Assembly: GCA_036401895.1 (NCBI GenBank)
Contig: DASWTW010000024.1
Span: 1,730 to 65,729 of the forward strand
Direction of reading: 5' to 3'
Source of the DNA: Herpetosiphonaceae bacterium
Lineage (GTDB): Bacteria > Chloroflexota > Chloroflexia > Chloroflexales > Kallotenuaceae
DNA: 64,000 nucleotides
Part shown: positions 40,726 to 50,601 of the stretch, piece by piece
Numbering within the stretch: position 1 is the stretch's first letter
How the letters are laid out: each line of letters begins with the position of its first letter
Position numbers and translations under genes: made by a program
The notes under the pieces: generated by a model
Seen by the model: the letters and a program-made list of their open reading frames with translations, nothing else
Told to the model about the DNA's origin: nothing
Databases searched by the model: none

Positions 40726-41658
40726 ATGCGTATAGTTTTTTTGGGAACGCCCTCGTTTGCCGCGATCCCGCTGCGCGCGCTTGTCGAGTCCGGGCATGAG
40801 GTTGTCGGCGTGGTGACGCAGCCGGATCGTCCGGCCGGCCGCTCGAAAACGCCGCAGGCTCCGCCGGTCAAAGTTGCCGCCGTGGAGCTGGGATTGCCCA
40901 TTCTTCAGCCGCCAACGCTGCGCGATCCCGAGGTTGTCGAGCAGCTGCGCGCGCTGCGGCCGGATGTCGGCGTTGTGGCGGCGTATGGCGAGATCCTGCG
41001 CAAGAATGTGCTGGAGATTCCGCCGCTGGGCTATCTCAACGTCCATCCGTCGCTGCTGCCGCTCTACCGTGGCCCAACGCCGGTCGCGGCTGCGATTCTG
41101 GCCGGCGATGAGATCACGGGCGTGTCGATCATTCGCCTGATTCGCGCCATGGACGCTGGCCCGATCGTCGCGCAGGCCACGCTGACAATGCCGCCCGCTG
41201 CTCGCGCGGGCTCGCTGACCGACGAGCTGTTCGAGATCGGATCACAGCTGCTGGTCGGGGCGCTGCCCTTGTATGCCAGCGGCGAGCTTCAGCCGCAGCC
41301 GCAGGACGAGTCGCAGGCCAGCTACTGCTCGCTGCTGCGCAAGGAAGACGGCCAGATCGACTGGACGAAGCCGGCGCTGGTGATCGAGCGGGCGATTCGC
41401 GCCTATGATCCATGGCCGGGCGCGTTCACCACCTGGCAGGGCCAGCCGCTCAAGATTCGCACCGCCCGCGTCGACGCCGATTGGAATGGCGCAGAGGAGC
41501 CGGGAACGATCCTCGATCGGCCTACACTGCACGTCGCGACCGGCAGCGGCGCGCTGGAGCTGGTGGAGATTCAGCCGGCCGGAAAGCGGATGATGCCGGC
41601 GCAGGAATGGCTGCGCGGGCAGCGTGGTCTGGCGGGTCAGCGGCTGGGCGTGGAGTAG
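40726..41658 (+). CDS. fmt: Methionyl-tRNA formyltransferase
   Basis: N-terminus MRIVFLGTPSFA and formyltransferase core HPSLLPLYRG. Confidence 0.95.
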   Translation: MRIVFLGTPSFAAIPLRALVESGHEVVGVVTQPDRPAGRSKTPQAPPVKVAAVELGLPILQPPTLRDPEVVEQLRALRPDVGVVAAYGEILRKNVLEIPPLGYLNVHPSLLPLYRGPTPVAAAILAGDEITGVSIIRLIRAMDAGPIVAQATLTMPPAARAGSLTDELFEIGSQLLVGALPLYASGELQPQPQDESQASYCSLLRKEDGQIDWTKPALVIERAIRAYDPWPGAFTTWQGQPLKIRTARVDADWNGAEEPGTILDRPTLHVATGSGALELVEIQPAGKRMMPAQEWLRGQRGLAGQRLGVE

Positions 41659-41661
41659 GAT

Positions 41662-41785
41662 GGATTAAAGGCCCTCATCCCCCAACCCCTTCTCCCGTTG
41701 CCACAGGAGAAGGGGGAGAGAGTTGTACTTCTTTGTTCTGTTGTTCTTTGTTCTCGCCTTGGTTCTAGGTTCTAGGACTCTTTGA
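41662..41785. repeat. Composite intergenic repeat (GGCCCTCATCCCCC...CCCCTTCTCCCGTTGCCACAGGAGAAGGGGG hairpin plus CTTTGTTC/GGTTCTAGG heptamers)
   Basis: Read directly; between convergent fmt and the acyl-CoA dehydrogenase gene. Confidence 0.65.
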
Positions 41786-42917
41786 GCAGCTCGCGGCTGA
41801 TCACGAGGCGCTGAATCTCGCTGGTGCCCTCGTAGATCTCGGTAATCTTGGCGTCGCGGAAGAAGCGCTCGACGGGATATTCCTTCGAGTAGCCGTTGGA
41901 GCCAAAGATCTGCACGGCCTTGGTCGCCGTCCACATTGCGGTCTCGGAGGCGAAGACCTTGGCCATCGACGCGGCTGCAACGTAATCCTCGCCGCGATCT
42001 TTGCGCGCTGCGGCTTCCCAGGTCAGCAGCCGTGCCGCCTTGATGCGGGTCGCCATGTCGGCCAGCGTAAAGCCAATGGCCTGGAACTGTGCGATCGGCT
42101 GGCCGAACTGCTCGCGGATTTTGGCATAGTCACGCGCGGCCTCGAACGCGCCCTGCGCGATGCCGATTGCCTGGGACGCGATGCCGATGCGACCGGCGTT
42201 GAGGATCGTCATAGCGATCTTGAAGCCCATGCCCTCGCCACCCAGCACGCGATCTTTGTGGACGCGGTAGTTGTCGTAGGCCATCTGCGCCGAGTGCGCC
42301 GAGCGAATGCCGAGCTTATCCTCGTTCTTGACGACGCTGACGCCCACCTGGTGCGTATCGACGATGAAGCAGGTGATGCCTTTGTAGCCCTTGCTCGGAT
42401 CGGTCATCGCCATGAGTAGGATTGTATCGGCGTGCGGGCCGTTGGTGACCCAGTTTTTGATTCCGTTGATAACGTAGTAGTCGCCATCTTTGACCGCCGT
42501 GGTCTTCTGCGCGGCTGCATCGGAGCCCGCGCCCGGCTCGCTCAGTGAGAACGCGCCCAGCTTCTGGCCCGAGGCCAGCGGCGCCAGAATCTCTTGCTTC
42601 TGCTCCTCGCTGCCGAACTTCTCAAGGCCGTAGCAGACCAGCGAGTTGTTCACCGAAGCGATCACGCCCAGCGAGGCATCCACCCGCGACAGCTCCTCGA
42701 TCACGATCGAGTATGAGATATAGTCCAGCCCGGAGCCGCCGTAGTCCTCGCCGACGGCAATGCCCATGAAGCCGAGCTCGCCCATCTGCCGCACCAGGTC
42801 GGCGGGCCAGATCCGATCGTGGTCGCGCTCGGCCGCCGTGGGCTTGATCGCCTTCTCGGCAAAATCGCGCGCCGTCTTGCGAATAAATATCTGATCCTCG
42901 GTCAGTTGAAAATCCAT
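41772..42917 (-). CDS. Acyl-CoA dehydrogenase (short/branched-chain type)
   Basis: 381 aa; ACAD N-terminal, middle and C-terminal domains with catalytic Glu near the C-terminus (YEGTSEIQ). Confidence 0.9.
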   Translation of the reverse strand: MDFQLTEDQIFIRKTARDFAEKAIKPTAAERDHDRIWPADLVRQMGELGFMGIAVGEDYGGSGLDYISYSIVIEELSRVDASLGVIASVNNSLVCYGLEKFGSEEQKQEILAPLASGQKLGAFSLSEPGAGSDAAAQKTTAVKDGDYYVINGIKNWVTNGPHADTILLMAMTDPSKGYKGITCFIVDTHQVGVSVVKNEDKLGIRSAHSAQMAYDNYRVHKDRVLGGEGMGFKIAMTILNAGRIGIASQAIGIAQGAFEAARDYAKIREQFGQPIAQFQAIGFTLADMATRIKAARLLTWEAAARKDRGEDYVAAASMAKVFASETAMWTATKAVQIFGSNGYSKEYPVERFFRDAKITEIYEGTSEIQRLVISRELLKES

Positions 42918-42959
42918 GGCCTATACTCCTATCACGTCATTGTGAGCATATGTTCTTGG

Positions 42960-43078
42960 CGCCATTATAGCACCTACGCCGGATCGGCTTAGAGAACAAA
43001 GGAACAAAGGAACCAAAGAACAAACGCAAAGCGACACAACCCAACAATCTTCTGTTCTTTGTTCTTTGTTCGCCCAAA
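42960..43078. repeat. Intergenic GAACAAAGG heptamer palindrome (AGAGAACAAAGGAACAAAGGAACCAAAGAACAAACG ... TTCTGTTCTTTGTTCTTTGTTCG)
   Basis: Read directly. Confidence 0.65.
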
Positions 43079-43184
43079 GGGCATTCGGTTCTTCCATCAG
43101 GTATAATCGCAGCCAGACATGACTTCAGCGCCGCAGCGGGGAAGCGATCCGGGCGGCTGCAAGCAATAAACGGCTGGTACACGC

Positions 43185-44333
43185 ATGAATACTCGACGCT
43201 GGCAAGATTTCAATATGTACTTGATGATAAGTGTGCTGGTGCTGCTCGGCTTTGGAGCGGCGATGGTCTACAGCACCACAATCGGCAACAACTATGGGGG
43301 CGACGTGTGGAGCTTGAGCAGCCCATTCGCCAAGCATTTTATCTGGCTAGGCATCGGCGGCTGCGCTATGCTGTTTCTCACGATCTTCGACTACCACAAC
43401 CTCCAGATCTTCTCGCGCCCGATGTACATCTTTATGCTGCTGCTGCTGGGCTACACGCTGGCGGCAGGGCGGATCGCCAGTGGCGCGCAGAGCTGGCTGC
43501 TGGGCGAGTCGAGCGGTCAGCCCTCCGAGCCGGCCAAGCTGCTGCTGATCATTAGCCTGGCGGCGTGGTGGGCTCAGCGCGACGAGCAGCAAAGCTCCTG
43601 GTTTACGCTGGGTAGCTCGCTGCTGCTGGCAGGTGGGCCGCTGCTGCTGGTGTTGCTCCAGCCCGATCTCGGCACGGCAATGGTGATCGGCGTGATCTGG
43701 CTGGCGATGGCCTGGTCGGGCGGCATGACCTGGAAGCAGCTCGGCATTCTGGCGCTGATCGCGGTGCCGGTGCTCTACATCGGCTGGAACTATGTGCTGG
43801 AGCCGTACCAGAAAGGCCGTTTGATCGCCTTCACAATGACCCGCGAGGAGATCGAGCATATCACCGACCCCAAGGTCTACGACGCCGTGACCCGCGTCTT
43901 CTACAACGTCGACGCCTCCAAGGTGGCGGTCGGCAACGGTGGGCTGACAGGCCAGGGCCTGCTCAATGGCATTCAAAGCCAGCGCAACTTCTTGCCCGTG
44001 CAATACACCGATTTCATCTTCGCGGTCACAGCGGAGGAGCTAGGCTTTGTCGGAGCGACGGCGATGCTGGCCTTTCTGTGCATGGTGCTCTGGCAAGCGA
44101 TCACGATCGCCAGTCGCGCCAAAGATACGTTCGGGCGCTTGATCGCGGTTGGGATCTTCGCCATGCTGCTGATCCACACCTTTGAGAACGTCGGCATGAA
44201 CATCGGGATTATGCCCGTGACCGGCATTCCGCTGCCGTTCATCTCCTACGGCGGCTCGTTCACGGTCACAGTGCTGGCGGCGGTTGGCCTGCTGCAAAGC
44301 ATCAGCCTGCGGCATCGCTCGCTGTCGTTCTAG
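43185..44333 (+). CDS. SEDS-family peptidoglycan glycosyltransferase (RodA/FtsW-like)
   Basis: 382 aa with 10 predicted TM helices and conserved SEDS motifs (PSEPAKL, QPDLGTA, GIPLPFISYGGS). Confidence 0.85.
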   Translation: MNTRRWQDFNMYLMISVLVLLGFGAAMVYSTTIGNNYGGDVWSLSSPFAKHFIWLGIGGCAMLFLTIFDYHNLQIFSRPMYIFMLLLLGYTLAAGRIASGAQSWLLGESSGQPSEPAKLLLIISLAAWWAQRDEQQSSWFTLGSSLLLAGGPLLLVLLQPDLGTAMVIGVIWLAMAWSGGMTWKQLGILALIAVPVLYIGWNYVLEPYQKGRLIAFTMTREEIEHITDPKVYDAVTRVFYNVDASKVAVGNGGLTGQGLLNGIQSQRNFLPVQYTDFIFAVTAEELGFVGATAMLAFLCMVLWQAITIASRAKDTFGRLIAVGIFAMLLIHTFENVGMNIGIMPVTGIPLPFISYGGSFTVTVLAAVGLLQSISLRHRSLSF

Positions 44334-44361
44334 TTGACAGAATTGTCGTAAGGATCGTGCT

Positions 44362-44532
44362 ATGAATTTTATAATCGAGATTGAGCAAGAAGACGACGGA
44401 AGGATCATCGCCGAAATTCCAACGCTCCCTGGCGTGCTTGTTTACGGACAATCACGAGAAGAGGCGATTGCGCGAGCCAAAGCGCTGGCACTACGAGTAT
44501 TGGCCGAGAAATTGCATGAGCGGAACAAGTGA
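44362..44532 (+). CDS. HicB-like (UPF0150-type) antitoxin-family small protein, 56 aa, with no cognate HicA identified
   Basis: MNFIIEIEQEDDGRIIAEIPTLPGVLVYGQSREEAIARAKALALRVL matches the HicB/UPF0150 N-terminal pattern; lies in a low-GC segment; below the 60-aa cutoff of the supplied track. Confidence 0.5.
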   Translation: MNFIIEIEQEDDGRIIAEIPTLPGVLVYGQSREEAIARAKALALRVLAEKLHERNK

Positions 44533-44869
44533 ATTACAAACTCAATTCACAATAGACAATAAAAAGCCCTGGACTACTCATAGAGATTTCACGCACCCCT
44601 ATCAATACGTAGTGTCTATGTAGCGAGACTCCCATCTCTTACACATCACCCCAAATCACCCCTAACTGAGCGGCGCAATCTGTCTTAGTGGCAGATAGGA
44701 CCGCCGTGCATGCCGCCCGCGATCGTCGATTTCTATAATGCTCCGTACCTGGAAGTAGCGCATCAGGTGGATCGTTGTTGGGTTGGCAGAGGCTGCTTTA
44801 TTTTCTGCACTTATTTTTTGATTGTCGCCCAACCATCCTTGAGCTTTTGTATTCATCAGGGAGGGCGGC

Positions 44870-46897
44870 ATGTCGTTGCTCAAAAAAGGTGGCACGACCA
44901 AAGGGATCTCGCTCCCTCAGTCTGTGACTGCGCCCGCTGCGAAGGAGGCAACCGACTCACCTGCACCCGCTTCGGTTGGCTCCATTCCCCGGCCGGCAAC
45001 CGGCTTTGGCACGGGCAGCATTCGGCGCGCAACAACTCAGCTGCAAACGTTGCCCAGCGGCACCGTCTTGCAAGGCCGCTACGCCGTCGAGACGGTGCTG
45101 GGCGTTGGCGGCATGAGCCTGGTTTATCGCGGACGCGATCTGCGGTTCAAAGATGTGGTACGAACCTGCGCGATCAAAGAAATGTATCAGAGCGCGCCGG
45201 ACTCGCACACGCGTCTGCTGACGCTCAAAAACTTCGAGCGTGAGTCGGGGCTGCTGGCCACGCTGAGCCACACGGCGATTCCGAAGGTGTACGACTTCTT
45301 CGAGGAGAACGATCGGATCTATCTGATCATGGAGCTGATTCCAGGCCGTGATCTTGAGGCCACGCTGGATCAGATGAAGGAGCCGATCGGCGAGCAGCGC
45401 GCCGGAAACTGGGCGCTCCAGATCTGTGATGTGCTGCACTACCTGCACAGCCACACGCCCGAGCCGATTATCTTCCGCGACATGAAGCCGTCGAATGTGA
45501 TCGTCACGCCGGAAGACCGCATCGTGATGATCGACTTCGGCATCGCGCGAATCTTTGAGCAGAACCAGCGCAAGGGCACGATGATTGGCACTGAGGGCTA
45601 CGCGCCGCCGGAGCAATATCGCGGTATTGCCGACCCACGCGGCGATGTGTACGCCCTGGGCGCGACGCTGCACCATCTGCTGACCAACGTCGATCCGCGC
45701 ACCGAGACGCCTTTCACCTTCCACGAGCGCCCGATCCGTCAGATCAATCCGCAAGTCTCGGCAGAGATGGAAGCCGTCGTGATGCAGGCGCTGGAGTACG
45801 ATCCGACGCAGCGACCGCAGACCGCCGCCGAGTTCAGGTCGCAGCTGCTGAGCATACCCACGCTGAGAGGATCGAGCGCGCATGTAGCGGCTCCGGTAGC
45901 CGCGCCCGCGATCAATGTTCGCACCGGCAAGGGCACAACTACCGACCTGCTCTGGCGCTTTGCCTGCGAGGACGAGGTGCGCTCCTCGCCGCATGTCCGC
46001 GACAGCATGGTCTATGTCGGCAGCTACGACACCAACCTCTACGCCCTGGACGCCATGAGCGGCGAGTTCCGCTGGAAGCGCGCCACCCTGGGCGGCGTCT
46101 CGTCGTCACCAGCCACCTGGAGCGATCTGGTGATCGTCGGCTCGGAGGATGGGCAGGTGTACGCCATCGATGCGCGCAAAGGCAACGTGAAGTGGACCTT
46201 CCGCACCGGCCGCGCTGTGCGATCGTCGCCGCGCATCGAGGATCGCATCATCTATGTCGGCTCCGACGACCAGCATATCTACGCGATCGACGGCCAGAAC
46301 GGACGGCAGCTGTGGAAATATCGGGCCTGGATGCCGGTACGATCGTCGTGCGGCATCGGCCAGGGCATGGTTGCGGTCGGCTCGTCGGATGGCCACGTGT
46401 ACGGGCTGGATGCCTTCAACGGCGGCCTGCGCTGGAAGCATCGCGCGCAGCAGGGCGTGATCTCGTCGCCCGTGATCAGCGACGGCCTGGTCTTCGTCGG
46501 CTCGATGGACAACACGCTCTACGCGCTGGACGGCGAAGGCGGCTGGCCGGTGTGGCGCTTCAAAACCGGCCACTACGTCAACGCATCGCCGGTGGTGGTG
46601 GGGACGCGCGTCTTCGTCGGCAGCGTGGACGGCTCGTTCTACGCGCTGGAGGCCAAGACCGGCAAGCTGCACTGGAAGTACGAGAGCGGCACGCAGATCA
46701 CGTCGTCGGCCCGCGTTATCGATGGCAAGGTGTATTTTGGCGGCGTGGACGGCAAAGTCTACTGCCTCGACGCGTCGAGCGGCTCGCTGATCTGGCAATA
46801 CCAGACCGAAGGCGCCGTCGTTTCGTCACCCGCCGTCGCCAACAACATCGTCTATATCGGCTCGCTCGACCATCATCTGTACGCACTGAAAGCCTAG
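44870..46897 (+). CDS. Ser/Thr protein kinase with C-terminal PQQ-like beta-propeller repeats
   Basis: Hanks kinase motifs (VAIKEM-like Lys, HRDMKPSNV, DFG, APE) followed by about 8 repeats of the ...VYVGSxDxxLYALDAxxG... type. Confidence 0.85.
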   Translation: MSLLKKGGTTKGISLPQSVTAPAAKEATDSPAPASVGSIPRPATGFGTGSIRRATTQLQTLPSGTVLQGRYAVETVLGVGGMSLVYRGRDLRFKDVVRTCAIKEMYQSAPDSHTRLLTLKNFERESGLLATLSHTAIPKVYDFFEENDRIYLIMELIPGRDLEATLDQMKEPIGEQRAGNWALQICDVLHYLHSHTPEPIIFRDMKPSNVIVTPEDRIVMIDFGIARIFEQNQRKGTMIGTEGYAPPEQYRGIADPRGDVYALGATLHHLLTNVDPRTETPFTFHERPIRQINPQVSAEMEAVVMQALEYDPTQRPQTAAEFRSQLLSIPTLRGSSAHVAAPVAAPAINVRTGKGTTTDLLWRFACEDEVRSSPHVRDSMVYVGSYDTNLYALDAMSGEFRWKRATLGGVSSSPATWSDLVIVGSEDGQVYAIDARKGNVKWTFRTGRAVRSSPRIEDRIIYVGSDDQHIYAIDGQNGRQLWKYRAWMPVRSSCGIGQGMVAVGSSDGHVYGLDAFNGGLRWKHRAQQGVISSPVISDGLVFVGSMDNTLYALDGEGGWPVWRFKTGHYVNASPVVVGTRVFVGSVDGSFYALEAKTGKLHWKYESGTQITSSARVIDGKVYFGGVDGKVYCLDASSGSLIWQYQTEGAVVSSPAVANNIVYIGSLDHHLYALKA

Positions 46898-46986
46898 CTT
46901 GATCGCCGGCGGCCGGATACGCTGCCGGCTGCTGGCGATCGCACCCACCGATCACCCCCCGTGTTGGTCCCCGAAAGGAGCCGCCG

Positions 46987-48042
46987 ATGTCGGCCTGGCG
47001 AGAAATGCTGGCGCGCTTTCGCAAAGACGCGCCGAATCGTCCCAATTCTACAACCGCGCCGAGCGTTGCCCCGGTCGAGAGCACCCTGGATCAGCCGGTT
47101 GTAGCTGTCGTCGAGGAGCCGGCTGTGGCCGTCGCCGAGGCGGAGCCCGAGGTCACACAGGCCGCGCCGGCGATCGCTGCGGAGCCCGACGAGACGCGGC
47201 GCTTCGGCGATACGACGCGCTCACTGGCGTCGGCTGCGCCACTGCTGACGGTGCTACAAGGCGAGCGTGTGCTGAGCGCGGCAGCGCTGCGGGATATTGG
47301 CCGCGAGCGACAGGAAAATCAGGATCACTGCTACGCCCAGATTCTATCGTTTCCCAGCGATCACAGCGCTCTTGCGCTCGGCCTGTTCGTGGTCGCCGCC
47401 GGCATGGGCGGCCACCACGACGGCGGCTACGCCTCCAAGCTGGCGCTGACGACGGTTGTGCAGTCGGTGCTGGCGGAGTTTGTCAGCCCGCTGCTGAACG
47501 GTGAGCGTCGCGCGCCGCAGCCGGTGATGCAGGCGGCGGTGCAGGCCGCTAATGCCGCCGTGTTTGCCGCCGGACAAGAGGTCGGCAGCGATATGGGCAC
47601 AACCTGCACGGCGGTGCTGCTCGACGGCCAGCAGCTGATCACGGCGCATGTCGGCGACTCGCGGGCGCTTCTGTTCGGCGGCGGCGTGAAGCAGCTAACT
47701 ACCGATCACACTGCGGTTGGTCGCCTGATCGCGATCGGCGCGCTCACGCCCGAGGAGGCGCTGGATCACCCGCTGCGCAGCCATCTGTATCGCAGCATCG
47801 GCCAGACCGCCGACGTAACCGTCGACGTGGTCACAACGACGATCCACGACGAAAGCCATCTGCTGCTCTGCTCGGATGGGCTGTGGGGCCTGGTCGGCGA
47901 TGCCGAGATCGCGGATATTGTCACGGAAGCGCCGACCGCTCACATGGCGGCGCGGCATCTGATCGCGCGGGCGAATCTGCTGGGCGGTCACGACAACATT
48001 TCGGCGGTTGTGGTGACGCTGCCAGCCGGATCTAGAGGCTAA
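46987..48042 (+). CDS. PP2C-family Ser/Thr protein phosphatase
   Basis: GMGGHHDG, GDSRA, LLCSDGLW and GGHDNISAVV motifs; about 90-aa low-complexity N-terminus. Confidence 0.8.
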   Translation: MSAWREMLARFRKDAPNRPNSTTAPSVAPVESTLDQPVVAVVEEPAVAVAEAEPEVTQAAPAIAAEPDETRRFGDTTRSLASAAPLLTVLQGERVLSAAALRDIGRERQENQDHCYAQILSFPSDHSALALGLFVVAAGMGGHHDGGYASKLALTTVVQSVLAEFVSPLLNGERRAPQPVMQAAVQAANAAVFAAGQEVGSDMGTTCTAVLLDGQQLITAHVGDSRALLFGGGVKQLTTDHTAVGRLIAIGALTPEEALDHPLRSHLYRSIGQTADVTVDVVTTTIHDESHLLLCSDGLWGLVGDAEIADIVTEAPTAHMAARHLIARANLLGGHDNISAVVVTLPAGSRG

Positions 48043-48045
48043 GCT

Positions 48046-49278
48046 ATGACGGCTCCGATAACTCTTCACATCCAGCCGGCGCGTCAGGCGCTCCAGGTAT
48101 CCAGCGAGCCGCAGATGGTGTATCTGCTGGTAACAGGACGCACGGCGACGACCACGCAGAAGCAGCTGCCGCTCAACCTGTGCCTGGTGCTGGATCGCTC
48201 CTCGTCGATGCGCGGCGAGCGGCTGTTTCAGGTCAAAGAAGCGGCGCGGCAGGTGATCAGCCAGATGCAGAGCAGCGATGCCTTCGGTCTGGTCACGTTC
48301 AACGATCGGGCCGAGGTCGTGGTGCCCTCGCAGATGGTGCGCGATCCCGAGTCGATCAAGACGCAAATCATGAGCCTGGATGCGCGCGGCGGCACCGAGA
48401 TGGCGCAGGGCCTAGCGCTGGGACTTCAGGAGATCGAGCGACCCAAGATCAACGGCATCAACCGGCTGGTGCTGCTGACCGACGGCCGCACCTACGGCGA
48501 CGAGCACGCCTGCGTCGAGCTGGCGCGGCGGGCGCAGCGGCGCGGCATCGGCCTGACGACGCTGGGCGTGGGCACCGAGTGGAACGAGGATCTGCTGGAA
48601 ACGATGACCGCCGGTCCCAACAGCCGCACGCAGTACATCACGGCGGCCAGCGAGATCGGCAAGGTGTTTTCGGCAGAGCTGAGCCGGCTGCACGCGACGG
48701 TCGCGCAGAGCGTCGAGCTGGCGCTGGCCGTATCGCCCGAGGCCCAGATTCAAGCCTGCTACCGGGTGCAGCCGTTTATCGCGCAGCTCTACCCGCAGTC
48801 GTCGGGCAACGGCATCTGGCGCGTGCCGATCGGCGAGTGGGCGGCGAACGAAGAGCAGACCTTTATCATCGAGATGGTGATTCCGCCAGCTACTACCGGC
48901 ACACACACGATCGCGCGGCTCGACCTCCGCTATGAGGCGGTGGGCAACATGGCGCCGCAGAGCACGTCGGCGGTGGTGCAGATGCCGGCGATCGTCGGCG
49001 AGGAGCAGCAGGTTGCGCCAGAGGTGCGCCGGGCGCTGGAGCGGATGGTCGCCTACCAGCTGCAAACACGCGCCTGGCAGGCCGTCGCCGAGGGCAAGAT
49101 CGACGATGCGACCAAGCGTCTGCGGATGGCGGGAACGCATCTCTTCAACTCCGGCGAGGTTGCGCTGGCTGAGATGGCACACGCCGAGGCGACGCGGCTG
49201 CTTCAGGGCGGCACGACCAGCGCTGACGGCCGAAAACGGATCAAGTACGGAACGCGCGGACTCATCGTCGGGCGTTAG
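48046..49278 (+). CDS. von Willebrand factor type A (vWA) domain protein
   Basis: MIDAS-like LVLDRSSSM...TDGRTYGDE and an about 200-aa C-terminal helical region. Confidence 0.75.
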   Translation: MTAPITLHIQPARQALQVSSEPQMVYLLVTGRTATTTQKQLPLNLCLVLDRSSSMRGERLFQVKEAARQVISQMQSSDAFGLVTFNDRAEVVVPSQMVRDPESIKTQIMSLDARGGTEMAQGLALGLQEIERPKINGINRLVLLTDGRTYGDEHACVELARRAQRRGIGLTTLGVGTEWNEDLLETMTAGPNSRTQYITAASEIGKVFSAELSRLHATVAQSVELALAVSPEAQIQACYRVQPFIAQLYPQSSGNGIWRVPIGEWAANEEQTFIIEMVIPPATTGTHTIARLDLRYEAVGNMAPQSTSAVVQMPAIVGEEQQVAPEVRRALERMVAYQLQTRAWQAVAEGKIDDATKRLRMAGTHLFNSGEVALAEMAHAEATRLLQGGTTSADGRKRIKYGTRGLIVGR

Positions 49279-49330
49279 CAGTGGGACGGCGCAGAGGGCT
49301 GCGGTGTTTCCTCCATGAACGGCAAAGATC

Positions 49331-49834
49331 ATGATCTGCCATAGCTGTCACAGCAATAATATTCGCGGCACGCTTTTTTGTGCCAACTGTGGCATCAGCA
49401 TGATGTCTCAGGATCGATCGCGCGATACAAGTGCGCTGGGCAGTCGTCCCGTGACGCGCTCAACGCAGGAACGATTGCCCAGGCTTGAAGTCCAGCCGCC
49501 CAGTGGTGAGCGGCGCTTCTGCGCGACGGTGCTTAATAGTGGCCGGCGGGTAAGCCTGGCGCTGGCTGCGCCGATTCTGATCGGCCGGCAAGACGCCGCG
49601 CGTGGTCATTATCCCGAGCTGGATCTGAATACCGACGGCGGCTACGACACCGGCGTGAGTCGCCGCCACGCGCGGATCATGCTGATGGAGGCGACAACCT
49701 ACATCGAAGATCTGGATAGCGCGAACGGCAGCTTTATCAACGATCAGCGGCTCCAGCCGCGCACCTCATATCGCATTCAGCCCGGAGATGAGCTGCGGCT
49801 TGGCTCGCTGATTCTGCGCATCGAAAAGGTCTAA
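49331..49834 (+). CDS. Zinc-ribbon + FHA domain protein
   Basis: N-terminal CHSCHSN...CANCG ribbon; FHA signature GRQ...VSRRHARI...DLDSANGSFIN. Confidence 0.75.
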   Translation: MICHSCHSNNIRGTLFCANCGISMMSQDRSRDTSALGSRPVTRSTQERLPRLEVQPPSGERRFCATVLNSGRRVSLALAAPILIGRQDAARGHYPELDLNTDGGYDTGVSRRHARIMLMEATTYIEDLDSANGSFINDQRLQPRTSYRIQPGDELRLGSLILRIEKV

Positions 49835-49835
49835 G

Positions 49836-49940
49836 AACAGCGAAACAAAGAACAGGCCCTCACCCCCAGCCCCTCTCCCGCTGCGGCAGGCGAGGGGAGT
49901 GGTGTACTTCTTTGTTCTCTGTTCCTTTGTTCTTTGTTCT
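49836..49940. repeat. Composite intergenic repeat (GGCCCTCACCCCCAGCCCCTCTCCCGCTGCGGCAGGCGAGGGGAG hairpin module flanked by GAACAAAG heptamers)
   Basis: Read directly; immediately 3' of the FHA gene, so it could act as a terminator. Confidence 0.65.
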
Positions 49941-49963
49941 CTACCCATTCACCCGAGGAGTCT

Positions 49964-50212
49964 ATGGCACGCACAGTGATTGTACATATTGTCGGCGAAG
50001 ATCCGGTGATCGCCGAGATGGACCAGGAGCCGCAGCCGACGGATACCTTCATTCACGTCACGAACATTCGCAAGCGTGACGGCAAGGAAGTGCATTATCT
50101 TTCGCCGGGCGTGCAGTCGGTCATGTTTCCGTGGAGCCGCATCACCTTTTTGGAGATCATGGTCGACGAGGAAGAGCGCGGCAAGGTGATCGATTTCTTC
50201 CGCCTCGATTAG
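49964..50212 (+). CDS. Hypothetical small protein (82 aa)
   Basis: ORF with GAGGAG upstream (spacing short at 3 nt); acidic, no recognisable family; the longer start at 49934 lies inside the repeat. Confidence 0.3.
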   Translation: MARTVIVHIVGEDPVIAEMDQEPQPTDTFIHVTNIRKRDGKEVHYLSPGVQSVMFPWSRITFLEIMVDEEERGKVIDFFRLD

Positions 50213-50272
50213 CCAGGTGCCGAGTCCAGAAGAGCAGCCCCTGTGGGCTGCTCTTTTGCGCTTAAAGCCAGG

Positions 50273-50512
50273 CTACTGGATCGGGCTGTCGGGCGGCGGC
50301 AGCTGGAAGCCACGGCTGCGCTCGACAGCAGCAACACCCTCGATCCGATCCAGCTTGGCGATGTTGTCCGAGTCGATCGAGCCGGTGATGACGCCGATCG
50401 TGTCGAGCTGCTGATCGACCGTGAGCCCGGCCTGCTCGATGCGCTTCACAACATCGGCGAAACGATCCAGGAATTCGTCGGACACCGATATACTGACCTG
50501 CTCAGTGTGCAT
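50273..50512 (-). CDS. Hypothetical small protein, possible peptidase-inhibitor I9-like/ACT-like fold, downstream of the S8 protease gene
   Basis: MHTEQVSISVSDEFLDRF...AGLTVDQQLDTIGVITGSIDSDNIAKLDRIEGVAAVE resembles the beta-alpha-beta-beta-alpha-beta pattern of subtilase propeptides; weak. Confidence 0.3.
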   Translation of the reverse strand: MHTEQVSISVSDEFLDRFADVVKRIEQAGLTVDQQLDTIGVITGSIDSDNIAKLDRIEGVAAVERSRGFQLPPPDSPIQ

Positions 50513-50601
50513 TACGACTCCTCGCGTGGCGCCACAATAGCCGCACGCGCACACGTGCAGCTACTATGGTTAGATTAGGCGTATAAGCAAGGCGTGCAAG
50601 A

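Noticed and set aside
44381-44623. 80-aa plus-strand ORF (MSKKTTEGSSPKFQRSLACLF...)
   Set aside because: It is in a different frame from the HicB-like reading, which gives a recognisable family pattern from a proper ATG; this frame has no SD and no resemblance
44517-44624. 35-aa ORF overlapping the HicB-like gene's 3' end, as a candidate HicA toxin
   Set aside because: Sequence lacks the HicA dsRBD-like pattern (...GSHHQ/H..HP...) and has no SD; kept only as a possible degenerate remnant
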